64,000 bases of DNA from the human T2T-CHM13v2.0 reference genome, Homo sapiens (GCF_009914755.1 NC_060928.1), one strand, 5' to 3'. Numbered from the stretch's first letter, positions 1 to 14,906 are shown. A program made the numbers and translations. The notes: generated by a model not told the origin, from the letters alone.

Positions 1-8
1 CATCATCT

Positions 9-50
<42 letters not shown>
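1..50 (+). mobile_element. 3' end of an Alu with ~41-nt poly(A) tail (cut by window edge)
   Basis: CATCTC followed by an uninterrupted A run to position 50. Confidence 0.8.
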
Positions 51-52
<2 letters not shown>

Positions 53-1636
53 AAACCTAATTGCATGATCTGTGGTCAGACGTCTTGGTCTAAGCCATTC
101 TGTAACCCAATTTCTTCATTTCATGGTATCATGACATCAGTTGCATTAACTTCATTTCACATTTCTTAAGGAATCTTTGCCAGATTTACTGGTCATAAAA
201 TAGTTTCATGTTCTGTTCTACTTATTCCTTGCAAATATTGCTAAAATAGTTTTACTTTTAGAACACCCTGCTGGGAAAAATAACAAAGTATCTCTGACAA
301 AACCAGAAAGCAGCAGAATGACAGCATGGAGTAATAGTAAGTAACTATGCTCCAGAGTAGGAGTATTTCAAACCCTGGTTTCACATTCTGGCCTGACACT
401 TACTGTCAGGGTACCTTAGATTTTGTGGTATTTCTCATGTTCTATCTTTACAAACGAATGCAGGACCTAGTATAATAGGCATTCCAAAATTAATGCATTA
501 AAAAAATGGAGATTATGTAACTACTTTATGCCTATCTTCACTCGTAGACAGAAAATAAAATATTATATATTATTTTATATAATAAGTTATTATTAAACTG
601 AAACACACACACACACAGGAACTGGCAATGTCCAGACTGGAGTATGTCTTCATTAAATGTTAGATGCTATTATTTGTTTAAGTGTTTGCATTGTTATTAA
701 AAAACCTAAGAAGTTATTTTCTCCAGCATTAAAATTCACATCAATATGTCTTTTAAATTTAGAAATACTATGAAATAGTCATTTGGAGCTGCTTTGAATA
801 TACCTCTTTCCTTTAATCATGCTTTATCTTGCACCCATGCCTGTTTCTTTTAATAAATTGTGCTTATAAAGGTACATATAGTGTATAATTCAATAAAAAC
901 AAGCATAGAAAAATTATAATGACATGCAGAAAAAGGTTAATAATAGTTGTGTGTAAGGGGATTCTGGGTGTTTTCATAAAAAATTATTGCACTGAAATTT
1001 TTCAAAATGTTTGTGATGATCAATTGTTACTTTTATAATCAGCAGAAACTATGTATAAAGTAGTAATACAGAATTGTTTATACACTATAAGGAAATGTAA
1101 AAATATGTAAAGCAAATACACCAAATATTAACAATTTGAAACATGAATTAAAGACCTACAGATAATTTTGCTTCTAACATTCTGCAATTTCTAGTATGAT
1201 TTGATATTTCCTTCATAATAAAAAAAAACTTAGCTTTAAAAAGCAACATGTAGGAATTTTATATAAAGTGATTAGGTAAGTGAGAGGACTTCAGATGGAC
1301 AGAATGATATGACAGTTTGTTATATTTAGAAAAAGAGGAATTTGGAGGTAAAAAAAAAAGTAAGAAAGGAGAGGTTGTGGAAAGCAGGAATGGATGGTTT
1401 TACAAAGAATCTTTGAGACAACTAAAGGTAGCTGAGGAAACACATTAAGAGCCTTCTTCTTGTATTCATATTGGCATAGACAAATTTAATGAGAGTAAAT
1501 GGGTTGAGTTAGGTCAGTTTCCTGGATTGTCTTTTTGTTTGCAGTTATTACAGACACGTTTAGGATAATATATTATCAATATTGGTCTTGGGGAGGGCAT
1601 TTTTAAAGAATGATCATTAAAAGGCCAGAATACACA

Positions 1637-1949
1637 GGGCACATTGGCTTATGTCTGCAATCCCAGCATTTTGAGAAACCAAGGTGGGTGGATCACTTGA
1701 GGTTCAGGAGATTGAGACCAGCCTGACCAACATGGTGAAACCCCATCTCTACCAAAAAATGCAAAAATTAGCTGGGAGTGGTGGCACATGCTTGTAGTTC
1801 TAGCTAATCTGGAGACTGAGGTGGGAGAATCACTTGAACCCGGGAGGAGGAGGTTGTAGTGAGCCGAGATTGTACCACACTGCACTCCAGCCTGGGTGAC
1901 AGATTGGTATCCTGTCTAAAACAAACAAACAACAACAACAAAAAAAAAA
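1637..1949 (+). mobile_element. AluS (Sx/Sz-like) SINE
   Basis: Dimeric Alu with middle A-rich linker and AAAC/AAC-type tail. Confidence 0.93.
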
Positions 1950-2212
1950 CCAGCTAGCATCCAAGATCTATAAACTTTACAAAAACATAGAAAATTTTCT
2001 GAGACTTAAACATACATATATATGCATATGCATACATACAAACAGAAATAAGTACAAAATATACTATTTTAGATTGTGAAGTTAAAAGATTTAAATTAGT
2101 GAAAATGTAATAAATGCATGCACTAATAAACTGTAAATCAATATATTGAAAAAATAAATTTATATCACAGAACAAAATAATTTACTTAACACAATTTTAA
2201 TATATACACTTT

Positions 2213-2395
2213 TTAAAGATTTCCAGAAAACTGTTTAAAGCAAGATATTCCTGGGTTTAATATATTTGACTTGATGTGGAGAGACATTTCAAAAGTTTTG
2301 GTGCCTAAAGTCTGCAAATTTTTAAAAATAGTCCTTCCAGATTTGCAGCCCAGTTTTCTGGTATCAATTATCAAAGTTTCCATGAATGAATGACA
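2213..2395 (-). pseudogene. Candidate exon (phase 0)
   Basis: Acceptor CCTTTTGTGCTCATTGCAG|, then 60 open codons CHSFMETLIIDTRKLGCKSGRTIFKNLQ...FSGNL*. Confidence 0.45.
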
Positions 2396-2878
2396 CTGCA
2401 ATGAGCACAAAAGGAGGTAACAACAACTGGGCTTAAAGGCAGCGACATCCACAACTGCATGCTCTCCAGTTGAGCCCTCCCATAAGTATTAATTATTTTG
2501 TCTGGGAAAATGGAGCCCTTAGGTGTGGGGTTCAGAGAAGGTCCATTTTTTTTTCACTTGCTGTATAAATGAAGAATAGTGTTGCTGTACTTAGTTTGTA
2601 GGATCTCAGGGAATAAGAGATACAGTACACTTATGAAGCAAATTTAAGTCAATATTTTCTGAATGCAGGAAAAATGAGTCTCCCTGCAGACAATAGAAAG
2701 AACTTTTGGGCACAGGTAGGGGAATGTTACCCTCTCAGGAAGTGGAGGATGATTAAAAGAGATTTATTTCTCAAGTACTGTGGAAGTTTCACGAAGATGT
2801 AGAAATTAAGTAGGCTAATGATGAAATTTGGCAAACCAATAAATGAATTTAAAATAGATAACTCAAACCAACAAAGTC

Positions 2879-2883
<5 letters not shown>

Positions 2884-2910
<27 letters not shown>
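2884..2910. repeat. (TA)n microsatellite
   Basis: Pure TA run. Confidence 0.95.
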
Positions 2911-2914
<4 letters not shown>

Positions 2915-3060
2915 ACAAGTGTGTAAATATGTGTTCATAGGTCATGTTTCATGAGTGAAGGAGGATTATTCTTCAGGATTTAATTCCTGTGACTATAACG
3001 AAGGTTGTTAATGAGTGGCAAGGCTTTAGTGTATTACTCCAACAAAAGCTGATATCTTAC

Positions 3061-3291
3061 TTCACTTATTGTAATGATTACTTTTTATCATCAACTTATG
3101 CACTTAAAATTGTTGTTGGTCTTGTTATATTTAGAGATAATCATGTATATAGTGAATGCAGAGTGGCACTCTTCCATTATGCGAAACTATACAAGTTGTG
3201 ACCTAATTTATCTCATAATGGGTATGTACTCAAATTCCACATGGCTTAATTATAGCCAGTTGTCCGTGGTAAGTGTTCCAGCAGTGCCTAT
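3061..3291 (-). pseudogene. Candidate decayed exon, 231 nt (phase 0-0)
   Basis: Acceptor CTCCTCACTCAACTGCAG|, donor GAA|GTAAGA, length a multiple of 3; several in-frame stops. Confidence 0.4.
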
Positions 3292-4696
3292 CTGCAGTTG
3301 AGTGAGGAGTACTACTCCAATTAGTTTGTCTATTCTTCTAATATTCTGCATACCATTATTTCTATGCCTTTCACATATTTTAGCCTACTAAGATCAAACT
3401 TTCAAGCCTTTGAATTTCCTAACATTAAACATTGTAGTTTATTTCAGGATGACACAGTCATTGGTATAGAAGAGTAGGAAGAAGGAAGTCAACAGAGTAA
3501 TTTGGAAAATAAGCAATTTTTAGAATTAGAAAACTATTTAGATATAGTCACATGCCTCTTGAAGATTGGTTAGATATGGAGGACTCTGAAAGGGAAAGAT
3601 TAATAAAAAAGTTTTCCAAACTCAAATCTCTTGTTTTTATTTTTTGGTTTGTTTTTTAGCTCAACGTCTCCAATTAATCATTTACTTTTTCTTTTTTAAT
3701 AATGTTGTGTTATTTACTACAGAAGCTGTGTAATTTATCTCTGATGTTAGTATTACTTTTGCTTGATACGTTTTATCAAAATGTTCATTTTAAAAATTAA
3801 ACAAATAGTTATTGAGTAATACAGGTGAACGTACATACGTTTTGTCGTTTGGTACACAAACACATACAAAGATGTCATGTTCTTTGAATTCTGACTCCTG
3901 AGCTTACAATATCCTTTATGGTACCATTTTGGCTCTGCTCTTTTGATCTTGAGTGAATGATTTTTTTAAATCTACTCTCATCATTGGACATTGCTCCCTT
4001 TTTGTAGTAGTCTCAATTTCCTATCATCTCCAGTTGTCATGGTAAGAATAGCAAAATTGCCTTGTTCATTTATTTTTCATATATTACCAATGTGATTTTT
4101 AATCAATGTCTACTTCTTCAGCTTTAAGTCACAAGATGACTGAAGTGTTGAATATTAAGAAACAATGTTATACTTTCTGGGAGATAGTAATGGTCTATTT
4201 TGTGGGGTTTGGGATACACTGTTGACTGTATTTGTCAAAAGCTCAATGAGTGTGCAGTTAAGTATGTACATTTAATTGCCTCTGAGTTTTGCAGCAAAAG
4301 GAGAAAATTGTAAACAAACATGGATGGCTAGATACTGATATGCATGCCAAGATACTCAAAGAAGGATATTGATACTTGTAGTTTATGTTGAAATGCATAA
4401 AAGTAAGATGTATTAATGGATAGTTACCACTAGTGCATTAATGTATAGTATTACATGCAATATACCATACACTGTATTAATGTATATTTAGAAAGTAGTA
4501 AAGGCAGAATTCAAATCCAACTTTTGTAATCCTTAAATCTATATTCTGTCATGCTTTTATGCTCCCACCTTAAACTCTCCTTTTCCTACTTATACCAATT
4601 AGGACCAGCATGAAAGTAAAATATTTGTAAGAAAGTTTTTAATTCTTTTTTTGTCTCATGTTTTCTGTTAATAATATTAACTTAGAATTGTATTAA

Positions 4697-5040
<344 letters not shown>

Positions 5041-6070
5041 ATTTGTTTTTTTTTTATGTCAGGTGTCCATGCTATTACAGTCAGTTCTTAATGCATGATT
5101 TGGAGCACTGAAATTGAAACATGATTTAGTCATTAAAACTGAGTAGTCACTTTTTCATCTTTCCTTATCTTTATTATCTATATAGTAATAAATATGAATG
5201 TAGAATTTGTGACTGAGATGTGAGGTCAGATATTTAACCATATTTTCTCATAAACTTCCTTGGCAGAGATATTAAGCATACCTTCTAAAGAAATCACATT
5301 ACTAAAATGTTTATATAGCAGCCAAAGATATATTTTATATCAATCTTTAATACACCATTTGTTTGTTTTCAAGTCTGGAAGTAGATCTATCATTTAGCTA
5401 GAGACAGCTGTTCACAGAACTGTCATTCTTTATGGTGTTCATACATTTTCTAAAGAGAGAACTTTTTTTTATTTCTTTCTTTTAGAACTATGTTAAGTCA
5501 CACAAAATGAAACAAATTTTAAAACATGATTTCCCAATGAATTATCACATTCTCTATGACTTAATTTGTCTTGACAATTTTTGTAATGGCAATACAGTAT
5601 TTTTTCTGACAAGTACAATTAGGTTTGGTGAAGCATACTTATTTCGTGTTTCTGAGAAAGCAACTCAGCTCAAATAGAGAAATCTCTGTGACAGAATGGA
5701 CAGGACAAAAGAGAGAGATGATACATTTAAGTAAATTAATGTTGAACTAGGATTCATAAAACATAAAACAAAGTCATAAACCACTATTATAAAAGTTTAA
5801 TCAATAACCTGCTTAAAGTAGAATAGATTGCATAATGCTTATGAGCCTTTTAGACTCAGAGTTGAGAGAGACAGAAAATCAGATTTTTTCTTCATCATCA
5901 TAAATAATATTAAATAATTTTCATAACTCAAGCATATGATCAGTTATGGGACAATTATAGCACTCTTTCCAAATTAAGTAAGATATTTTGATAATAAATC
6001 CATATATGTTTATTTCTAGAGAGATGCCTAAATAATAATTTAGATATTTAGGCAGTTATAAAAATGGTAC

Positions 6071-6374
6071 CTTATCTCCGCAATAGAGTACATGTGTCCC
6101 TCTGAAGGTCTGGGAGTGATTAAGACTACTCAAAATTATTTAAATCCTGGAGATATCATGGATTGATTTTACTAACCACACAATCAGACACTGGAGATAT
6201 CTTATTGTCAATGTTGTTATAACTTGGCAGTGCTTTAATTTCCAGCATATTCTTAAATTTTAGAACCTTCTGAGATTACCTCTCTTTTGGAGGCACATTG
6301 CCTCACTGACTACAGGACTGATGACTGCTAACTCATTATGGGAAATTTAGTTCCCAGCTATTTCAGAAGATTCT
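6071..6374 (-). pseudogene. Candidate decayed exon, 304 nt (phase 2-0)
   Basis: Acceptor ATCTTGCTTCTAG|, donor AAG|GTACCA; 101 codons with 3 TAA stops; phases fit the neighbouring candidates at 10519-10886 and 3061-3291. Confidence 0.45.
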
Positions 6375-7029
6375 CTAGAAGCAAGATTATTTATAATCTC
6401 TTTATAATCTCCTTGTGGCTTACATTACTTCTTGTTTTAACCAATAGACTTTAGCTTCACTCCAATCACTTTTGGAAAGTGTATATTACAGTCCTTTATC
6501 ATAGCAAACTCCAAGTGCTCCCTGATCCATTCTTCCCCAAATGCCATCACAAATACCATTCATTATTGTCTAGTCACAGCTCATACAAGACTAACATGAA
6601 ATTTTTTTGTTTAATGCAGTTTTGCCAAAAGGAATGATAGCATAGCAGATATAAATTAAAAATGTCATGTAGCTGTTGGTTTTGTGAACAGTTTTGTATA
6701 CTAAGTTATTTTATTTGTTTATTTTAATTGACAGATAAGTTTGTATTTTTTTTTTTTTTACCATCTTTTGGTATCCTGTCCTCTCATTAGAACATCACCT
6801 CCAGGCTCATAACTTGTTATTGGGGCCTGTTTTTCCTTACCTAAGAGAAAGGCCCTGTAACAATACAGCTTCCTTGTTTTTTTTTTGGACAGGTACAATT
6901 AGGTTCAGTGTAACACACATAGTTCATTTTTCTGTGAAAGAAACTTTTTACTTGATCCCAGCCTGAAATCTGAATTTCCTATATACGGACAGATGTCCCA
7001 GAATCACTTGACTTTCCAGGCCCTAGAAT

Positions 7030-7741
7030 TGAAACTACCTTTGCAAAAATTATAACAGTGAGTATATTATGAGAAAGACATCTGGTCTAACCAACCTCCA
7101 TCTTACCTTTAACTTTCAAACCTTCGTGAGTCATTCCTGAGCTTGGGCCCTTTAACTTTGGGAGAAAGTTAGTTTATAGTTTAAATGATCATAGCCTTTC
7201 CCCAAAACTCCACTGCCCCGTGAAGCTAATGAGACCACTAGGATAGAGGAGTCTGAATCCCGCTAAGGCATAGACCTAAAGATTACCAGCTATTATTCTA
7301 GAGGTCACAAAATTTGGAATTTCCCCCATTACTCCTGCAGACAACGTCACTGTTGTAGAACCAAAGATTGGCCTTTTGAGATTTCTTTTCAGATTTTTGC
7401 ATTTCTGAAGATGATGACTCCACCTGGACCTGCCAACTTGTCCTGTGTCCCCACTCAGAAGTAGACTCAACATACACAAAGACCATTTTCCACACTCCTA
7501 TAATTGCACCCCCAGCCAGTCAGTAACACCTATTTCATAGTCATCCCCTTTCCCCCAAACTATCCTGGAAAAACCCTAGCCTCAGAATTTTCAGAGGAGC
7601 TGATTTGAATCATAATAAAAGTCTGGTCTCCTGTTCAGTCCCCTGTGCATGAATTGAACTCTTTCTCTATTGCAATTCACCTGTCTTGATAAATTAGCTC
7701 TATCTGGGCAGCGGGCAAAATGAACCTATTGGGCAGTTGCA
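7030..7741 (+). mobile_element. LTR8A-like solo LTR (ERV1)
   Basis: Starts TGAAACTACCTTTGCAAAAATTATAACAGTGAG, has AATAAA at ~7614, ends GGGCAGTTGCA; 4-bp flanks GAAT/GTAT. Confidence 0.85.
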
Positions 7742-7827
7742 GTATCATTTGAAACTAATGCTCTACCAGCCTGTCATCCCTATTCCTAATTCATGTTTGG
7801 AGACTCTAACTTTCCAAGGTCAGCTTT

Positions 7828-8484
7828 TGTTACCGGCAGTGAATACGTACAGGTCTGTAGCAACCTCCATTCTTGTCACCTCAGAAGAAAGAATTTGACT
7901 GAGGGGCATAAGGCAGAAGGAGAGACTGAGGCAAGTTTTAGTGCAGGAGTGAAAGGAAGTAAAATACACTTGGAAGAGAGCTAAGCAGGTGACTTGAGAG
8001 ATCAGGTGCGTGGTTTGACCTTTTGACTTGGGGTTTTATACATTGGCGTATTTCCAGAGTCTTGCATTTCTTTTGCCCTGATTCTTCCCTTGCGGTGGAC
8101 TGTCTGCATGTGCAGTGGCCCGCTAGCACATGGGAGGAGGGCATGCACAGTGTGTTTACAGAAGTTGTACGCATGCTCTCTTGAGGCATTCTTCCCTCAC
8201 CAGTCTAGCATACCAGTTAAACTCCACCATTTTGCCTCTTAATGTGCACGTTTGAACCCCCTCCTGAGATCTTATTGGGAAGCTGCTGATCATCAGTTTC
8301 AGGTCTTTTTTTTAATCTACTGGGATACTGCCTTTCCCTTGCAATGGCTATGACCAATTATTACTTTAGAGTGACAGTTAACAACTGCCTGACCATCACT
8401 GGATGGTCACCTGACACTCCTTGTGTGTGCAAGGGGGAGCCCTCTCCTGCCCTGCTCATACCTGTCTTGCTACCCACTGTTAAC
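7828..8484 (-). mobile_element. MER50-like solo LTR (ERV1)
   Basis: Minus strand starts TGTTAACAGTGGGTAG...ATGAGCAGGGCAGGAGAGGGCTCCCCC; TG...CA termini. Confidence 0.8.
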
Positions 8485-8499
8485 ATTTTAATTCCTATC

Positions 8500-9280
8500 C
8501 ATTCTACTTTATCCTGACATCTCCTCTTATCCCTGCACTCCTTTCTGTTGTCCTCCTCTTACTATGGACCCACATAATATCCGACCAAGTTCATTTTAGG
8601 AATAGCAATCCCCTTCTCTTAATCATCACTTCTGTTGACCTAATTCAGGCCCACATCATTTCTTACCTGTTCTCTTTCAAAACCTTCTACTCACTGGTCT
8701 CCCTTTCTCTCTCTCTATCCTGCCATTTAATTGTTACATTGTATTCAAAGTTATCTTTCTAAATCACGTGTCTTATTATGCAACTACCTGACAAAACAAT
8801 TTCAATTGTCTATAATATAAAGTCAAAAATCCTAATTATGATATTTTCAACAAAACCCTTAAAATTAGTTCATTTTTACCTTTCTCACCTAGCACTTTCT
8901 ACCATGCACCTATAATTCAAGGTTTCAGGTTTGCTGAATTTTCCAAATATGCCATGCCCAGAATGCTTCTTATGCTTTCTCTTTTTTATCTGCTTTATTA
9001 GCTTCCATCTATATTTTGTGAATGAGACCAAATTGTACTACCTTTTTGAAGTATTCCTGAATTGCTTTATGAAATATTAATTACCTTCTTTGTTATACAT
9101 TCCCAATATTTTTTAGAGATATCAACCAGAAGAATTATTACAAATAATTAGATTGTAATTGTTAAAAAACATTCTCTTCCAATATCATGGGAGAGGATTT
9201 GGTGTGCATCCCTCTTTATATTTTAGGCGCTTAGCAAAGCATGCAGTACTTTGTGGTCAACACATAAATTATTTGTTAAT
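8500..9280 (+). mobile_element. Degenerate L2 3' fragments
   Basis: CAGGCCCACATCATTTCTTACCTG...ACTGGTCTCCCT and L2-like terminal GCGCTTAGCAAAGCATGCAG...ATAAATTATTTGTT. Confidence 0.55.
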
Positions 9281-10518
9281 TTGAAAAGATAATGTAATCG
9301 TATTAAAGTTATCAACATTTTAAACTCTAAATATAGATATTTAGTCTTCTGATATAAGTTTACAAGAATGAGCAGGAGGTGAGGTGTGGAGACTTAGGCA
9401 TCAGGAATATGGACTATGAAAAATTGCAGAATGATTCATATTAAGTACTTTTATGATGACTGATGTCCTAGAGGAAAATTTTTATCAAGCTCCTTCTAAA
9501 ATTTCATTTAAAACACTTAGCAATGCTTCCCCACCCCCATGCCCACTCCCAGCCTTGACACACACTGGCTGCATTTTAGTCTGGATGGATTTTCTCTTTC
9601 CCAATCACAAAAGTCTTTCCATTTAAGGACTGCCAGTGCTGCAGCCAGAGTGAGGGGTCATCCAGTCTCAGTTCTTAACTTTATTTGGTTTAAAAATGTA
9701 TTCCCTCAGTCTTAGATGACTCTATATCTATAACCTTACCTGGGAGGGTTATAAATTCCTATGGTACAAAGTGGGATCCTTTTCCAGGCCCATAACAGAA
9801 ACAAGCCGTGATTTGGGGGATAATGTTACTTTTCTTGCTTATTGTGCTATAACTAGAAATAGCCACTCAGACATTGTTTTCTAAACTCTCTAATACAAAA
9901 GTAACTCTACCTTATTCTACAGCAATGCACTTGCCCTCCCAAAATCTCACTTTATGTATTTAATCGTGCATTTAAGTATATAGTGCAAGCAAGAAAAGAT
10001 GTGCTTTTCTTTCCTGCAAAGAGCTTAAAAGTTAGAGATATTGAGAGCTGCAAAGCATAGGAAGAGATTATTCCTGCTTGACTGTAAATGTGTACTAAAA
10101 AGAAAAATGAAAATGTATATTGGTGTAAGAGCATGGTAAATCTTGACAGACAGACAAAGGAGTTGGTATCAGTAAGATGAGCAACTAAAGTTACTGATGA
10201 TTGAAAAAGTTTATGAAGACAATGAGGGCAAAGCCTGCATTCTGAGATTAGAGAAGTTAATATTAATGATGGTGTTGATGAGAAAGAGTCAGAGAAGTAA
10301 AATGGTAGCTTAATTTCTGTGCTGTGCTGAAAATTATGGGTTAAAGGGTAGTGAAGGCCATGAAGTAGTCAAAGAATGAAAACTGGTGTCATGTTTAGGG
10401 AATTGCAAACTGAAAGAAAGATTATTGGTAATTCAGCACTTTCAGTAAAATGTGGGAACAAAAATTTTATCTATCATTACAATTGAAAAATACAAGATTG
10501 AAACATAGGAGAGTCTAC

Positions 10519-10886
10519 ATATTTAGAAGAAATCTTTTCCTTCTTTTTCCTTGGTCATGATCCAACTACGGTGGAGAATTATGAATCTTCTAAGAAGATG
10601 GCAATAATCCTAAGTGTTTTTCAACACCTTTTGTCTCTTCATAAGAATTTATCCGCTGTTGCCTTTGATAGTCTTGGCTTTTACCTTGAACTTCCTTATT
10701 TGATATGACAGCCTTGAAATTCTCTCTGCTGGCATACAGGTTAAAATCACATGAGATTTCCAACTGGTATGCTTCATGCAATGTGAACCACTGACTCTTC
10801 TGTCCTTGCTCCTGGCTTGCCTTCTGTCTTTTCTCATCCTAACCTGTTCCAACTTTAATCTGGCTTTCTCCAAATTGAGCTAATTT
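10519..10886 (-). pseudogene. Candidate decayed exon, 368 nt (phase 0-2)
   Basis: Acceptor TTAACCTTTCTAAATAG|; 122 Q/E/K/S-rich codons (KLAQFGESQIK...DQGKRRKRFLLN) with only 3 internal stops, all TAG (10839, 10590, 10566); weak donor AT|GTAGAC. Confidence 0.5.
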
Positions 10887-11649
10887 CTATTTAGAAAGGT
10901 TAAATTAGTGATGTATAAGTGGGTGGATATGAAGCAACTGTATGAAGCACTAACTGTAACCCTAAGGTGCTTTTAAATAATATCTCAGTGTTAAAATGGC
11001 AGGAGAACATGCAGACTGAGCATAATGGAAGGGAAATGTTTAAAGAAAATTTTATGAGTAGTTACGACCTGAGTTGATATGAAGAACTCCCTGGAAACAT
11101 GTTTGTGGTAAATACAATGCAAAATAAAAATATTAGAGTGTTTCCCTTATAGCTCATATTTCACAAAAACCTTTCAATTCATGGAGCCGTCCTGTGAACA
11201 TTTACTGCAAAGAAAAAAAGATGTTTTAAAAATTCTTAGTAGCATACGATGGAAAAAGAGATGAGACTGACTTTCAGGCTCCTTTCCACAGGCTTCCAAC
11301 AGACACTTATGAAAAAGGTTGGTGGCAGGGCATAAGACTAGAAGCCCCATTGACAGAGCAGGTGTCTAAGAGATGAGGCTTGTTCACAGGAGCAAAGATC
11401 TGCCCTACTGCAACTCACCCTTCTTTCATAAGAATACAAAGCCTTAGGCCACTAGGAGAGGCCATTAAGCCTTCTTGGCTATGGGGTTGAGGTGAAAATT
11501 TATTGTTTCCAGGGAAGACATAGAAACAAAATCTGTCCACCTCTGAGAAAAGAGTAGGAAACATTTCTGGCTTTAGGATACCGACAATTTATACTTTGCT
11601 TCTGGAGGAGATGTACAAGTAAATACCCTGTGCCTGGTAGGAAAACCAA

Positions 11650-12030
11650 TGTATAATTTCTTGTTGCTCCTGCAACAAATTACCACAAACATGGTGGTCT
11701 AAAACAACACACGTATATTACCTCACCCATCTGGATCTCAGAAGTACAAAACAGATCTCACCAGACTAAAACTAAAGTGTCAGAAGTTTCATTGTTTCCA
11801 GAGCTCTAGAGGAGAACCCATTTCCTTTCCTTCTCCAGCTTCCAAAACCTGCCTGTTTTTCTTAGCACATGTTCCCGTTCCAATTGTTGATTAAGTTGTA
11901 TTGTTTTGTTTTGTTTTTATCTGTGTTACCTGACCCTTTTCCTGCCTCCTTATTTGACTGTTAAGGACTGTTGTGATTATATCAGACTCACCTGACTAAT
12001 TTGAGATATTATTTTATTTTAATATCCACT
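11650..12030 (-). mobile_element. MLT1-family MaLR LTR
   Basis: AACAAATTACCACAAACATGGTGGTCTAAAACAACAC motif. Confidence 0.8.
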
Positions 12031-12035
12031 GATTA

Positions 12036-12339
<304 letters not shown>

Positions 12340-13231
12340 GATCTGCTGACTAGCAGACTCATACTGGAAGCATCTAGATACAGCTGAGGAAAGAATGAGC
12401 ATACTTAAGTATGTCAATAGAGATTGCACAAATTAAAACATAAGGAAAAAAAAAATACAAACCAGAATAGAGCATCCAGTAATCGTGACACAGTATCAAG
12501 CAATGCTACAGAAAAGAAACATGTGTTCCAGAAGAAGAAAAGAGAGAGATTTGGGTAGAAGAATTATTAGAAGTGTTACTGGCTTAGAACTTGCTGAATT
12601 TTTTGAAAGATAACATGCCACCCATGCAAGAAGCCCAGAGATCCTAAGCAGGAAACACACACAGGCTCACACACACACATGGAAGCCACACCTATACACA
12701 TCACAAACTCCTGAAGAACAAAAATAAAAAGAACTACTGATAGTCAGGCAAAGGTTAAAGAAACATCCCATATATAACCACAAATGTAAGAATTCCACAA
12801 GGATTCTCATTAGAAGCTGTGCAGGCCTGAAGACAACGAAGTGATCTCTTTAAAGTATGAGGGAAATCATAACTGTCATCCCAGATTTTAATAGCATAAA
12901 AGAGACTTTTTCAGAAAAACCATAGTGAATAAAGAGAGCGATTAGAAAATCTGCACTACATGAAATGTTAAAGGAGGTTTGTCATGCAAAAGGATAGTGA
13001 CACGTGAGGAAAATTAGGATCTACAGAAAGAAATGAACTACTTTAAAAATGGTATATATGAGGTAAATATGGAAGACTTTTTCTTATTTTAATCACCATA
13101 AATGATAACTGATGCTCTGTAAGCTAAAGTAATTCTAATGTATTGTGGGCTTTATAACAAAAAACAGAATGAGAATACATAGTAACAATAATAGCACAAA
13201 GTGTAAGAGGGGTATAATAGAACTGCAGACA

Positions 13232-13386
13232 GGCAGGACACGGTGGCGTGTGCCTATAATCCCAGCTATTCAGAAGGCTGAGGTGACAGGATCACTTGAG
13301 CACAGGAGGTCGAGGCTGCAGTGAGCTATAAATGGGCTGCTGTACTCCAGCCTGGGTGACAGAATGAGACCCTGTCTAAAATAAAG
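13232..13386 (+). mobile_element. FRAM / AluJ right monomer
   Basis: Single right-arm monomer with GAGGTCGAGGCTGCAGTGAGCTAT. Confidence 0.85.
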
Positions 13387-13392
13387 AACTAT

Positions 13393-13776
13393 ACAAATAG
13401 TCCTGACTAGTTTGATTGACAATATTTTTACTTTATGATGGTGCAAAAGTGATATGCATTCAGTAGAAACTGTACTTCAAATTTTTTTCTCAGGCTAGCA
13501 ATATGAAGTCTGATATTCTCTTACGATGCTAGGCAAGGGCAGTGAGGCGCAGCTCCCAGTCAGCCCCACGATGAAGAGAGTAAGCAGCCATGCCGTACAG
13601 TGCACTGTGTTGCTGGATGATTCGGTCCAACCGTAGGCAAATGTAAGTGTTCTGAGCATGTTTTCAGTAGGCCAGCCTAAGCTATAATGTGCAATAGGTG
13701 ACATGTATTAAATAAATTTGTAACTTACGATTAGTTTTTCTGAATGTAACCCCAATGTAAATCGAGAATCATCTGT
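13393..13776 (-). mobile_element. MER47A-like Tigger-derived DNA transposon
   Basis: Minus strand TACAGATGATTCTCGATTTACATTGGGGTTAC...CTCAGAACACTTACATT; TA flank. Confidence 0.75.
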
Positions 13777-14370
13777 ACACTATGCATGAAACTCTGTAAC
13801 ATTATGTGATGACAGCATATGAAAAAATACACTTATTTTAAATAGAAATAGAACATCTAAAATCTTAAAAGCAATATCTAATAAGTCATCAGTAGAGATA
13901 GAATTATAAACAAGAATCAACCCAAAAGAAGGAAGAAAAAATACATATAGAAAACAAAAATACAGTATCTTTAAACTCAACAACAATGAAAAATCACTGT
14001 GAATATGAATTTTTTTAACACTAAAGTTGCAGACTGTCATACTGGATAAGAGGAAATTTCCAAATATATATTTTCTACAAGACACACGCTTTAAATATAA
14101 TGACATAAATTTAAGTTAAACGGATGAAAAAATACCATTATATTAATATCAGAGAGTACATTTCAGAACAAGAAAAATTACAAATGTTTGTAAAGAAGGG
14201 TATTACATAATAATAAAGGATTTAATTTATGAACACCTAATGATTCTAAATGCATGTTCACATACTATGAGGGCTTCAAAATACAAAGGAGGAATAGAAA
14301 AAGCTGCAATTAAATAGTTGGAGAATTTTGAGATCTATGAAAACCCATCATTCTACTTGATCTAGTTTAA

Positions 14371-14504
14371 TTTATTATGATTATTATTAAAGATGGTGTT
14401 TCTCAGTGTTTCCCAGGCTGGTCTCAAACTCCTTGGCTCAAGTGATCCTCACACCTCAGCCTCCCAAAGCGTTGGGATTACTGGCATGAGCCACCAAGTC
14501 TGGC
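14371..14504 (-). mobile_element. FLAM_C / Alu left monomer
   Basis: Single left arm with GCTCAAGTGATCCTC. Confidence 0.85.
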
Positions 14505-14906
14505 TGACCTACCTGACATTTAGAGGACATGCTATAACTGCAGAATACACATTTCGTCAATGTGGATCTCAGCATCTACTAGAAGAAACTATCAGTCTTT
14601 TGGACAGATAACACACACAGTCACTACCCTGTCTCCTTTCTGAATATGCAGGCAACTTTTCGTTTTCCTTGAGAGTATAAGACAGTATCTAAATTACTGA
14701 CCAGGAGCATGGGATCAACCTTCAATATGATGTAGAAGACAAGAGATGCACGAGTAAACAAGAAATAAACAAAAGAGGGAGATAAGAAGTGACACAGGAA
14801 AAACCAAAGAAGGCTCTCAGTGTCTGATGATCCTTGCATGAATCCTCTCATCTCCACCTAAATGATGTACCAGTGGTTTTCTGAATGTGACTTCTATTTT
14901 CTGCTT

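Larger units (their letters stand above)
12340..14560 (+). mobile_element. Ancient L1M (ORF1/early ORF2 remnants), interrupted by younger inserts
   Basis: A-rich strand bias with L1 ORF1-like (GTGTTCCAGAAGAAGAAAAGAGAG) and EN-like (CTACAAGACACACGCTTTAAATATAA) segments. Confidence 0.65.
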
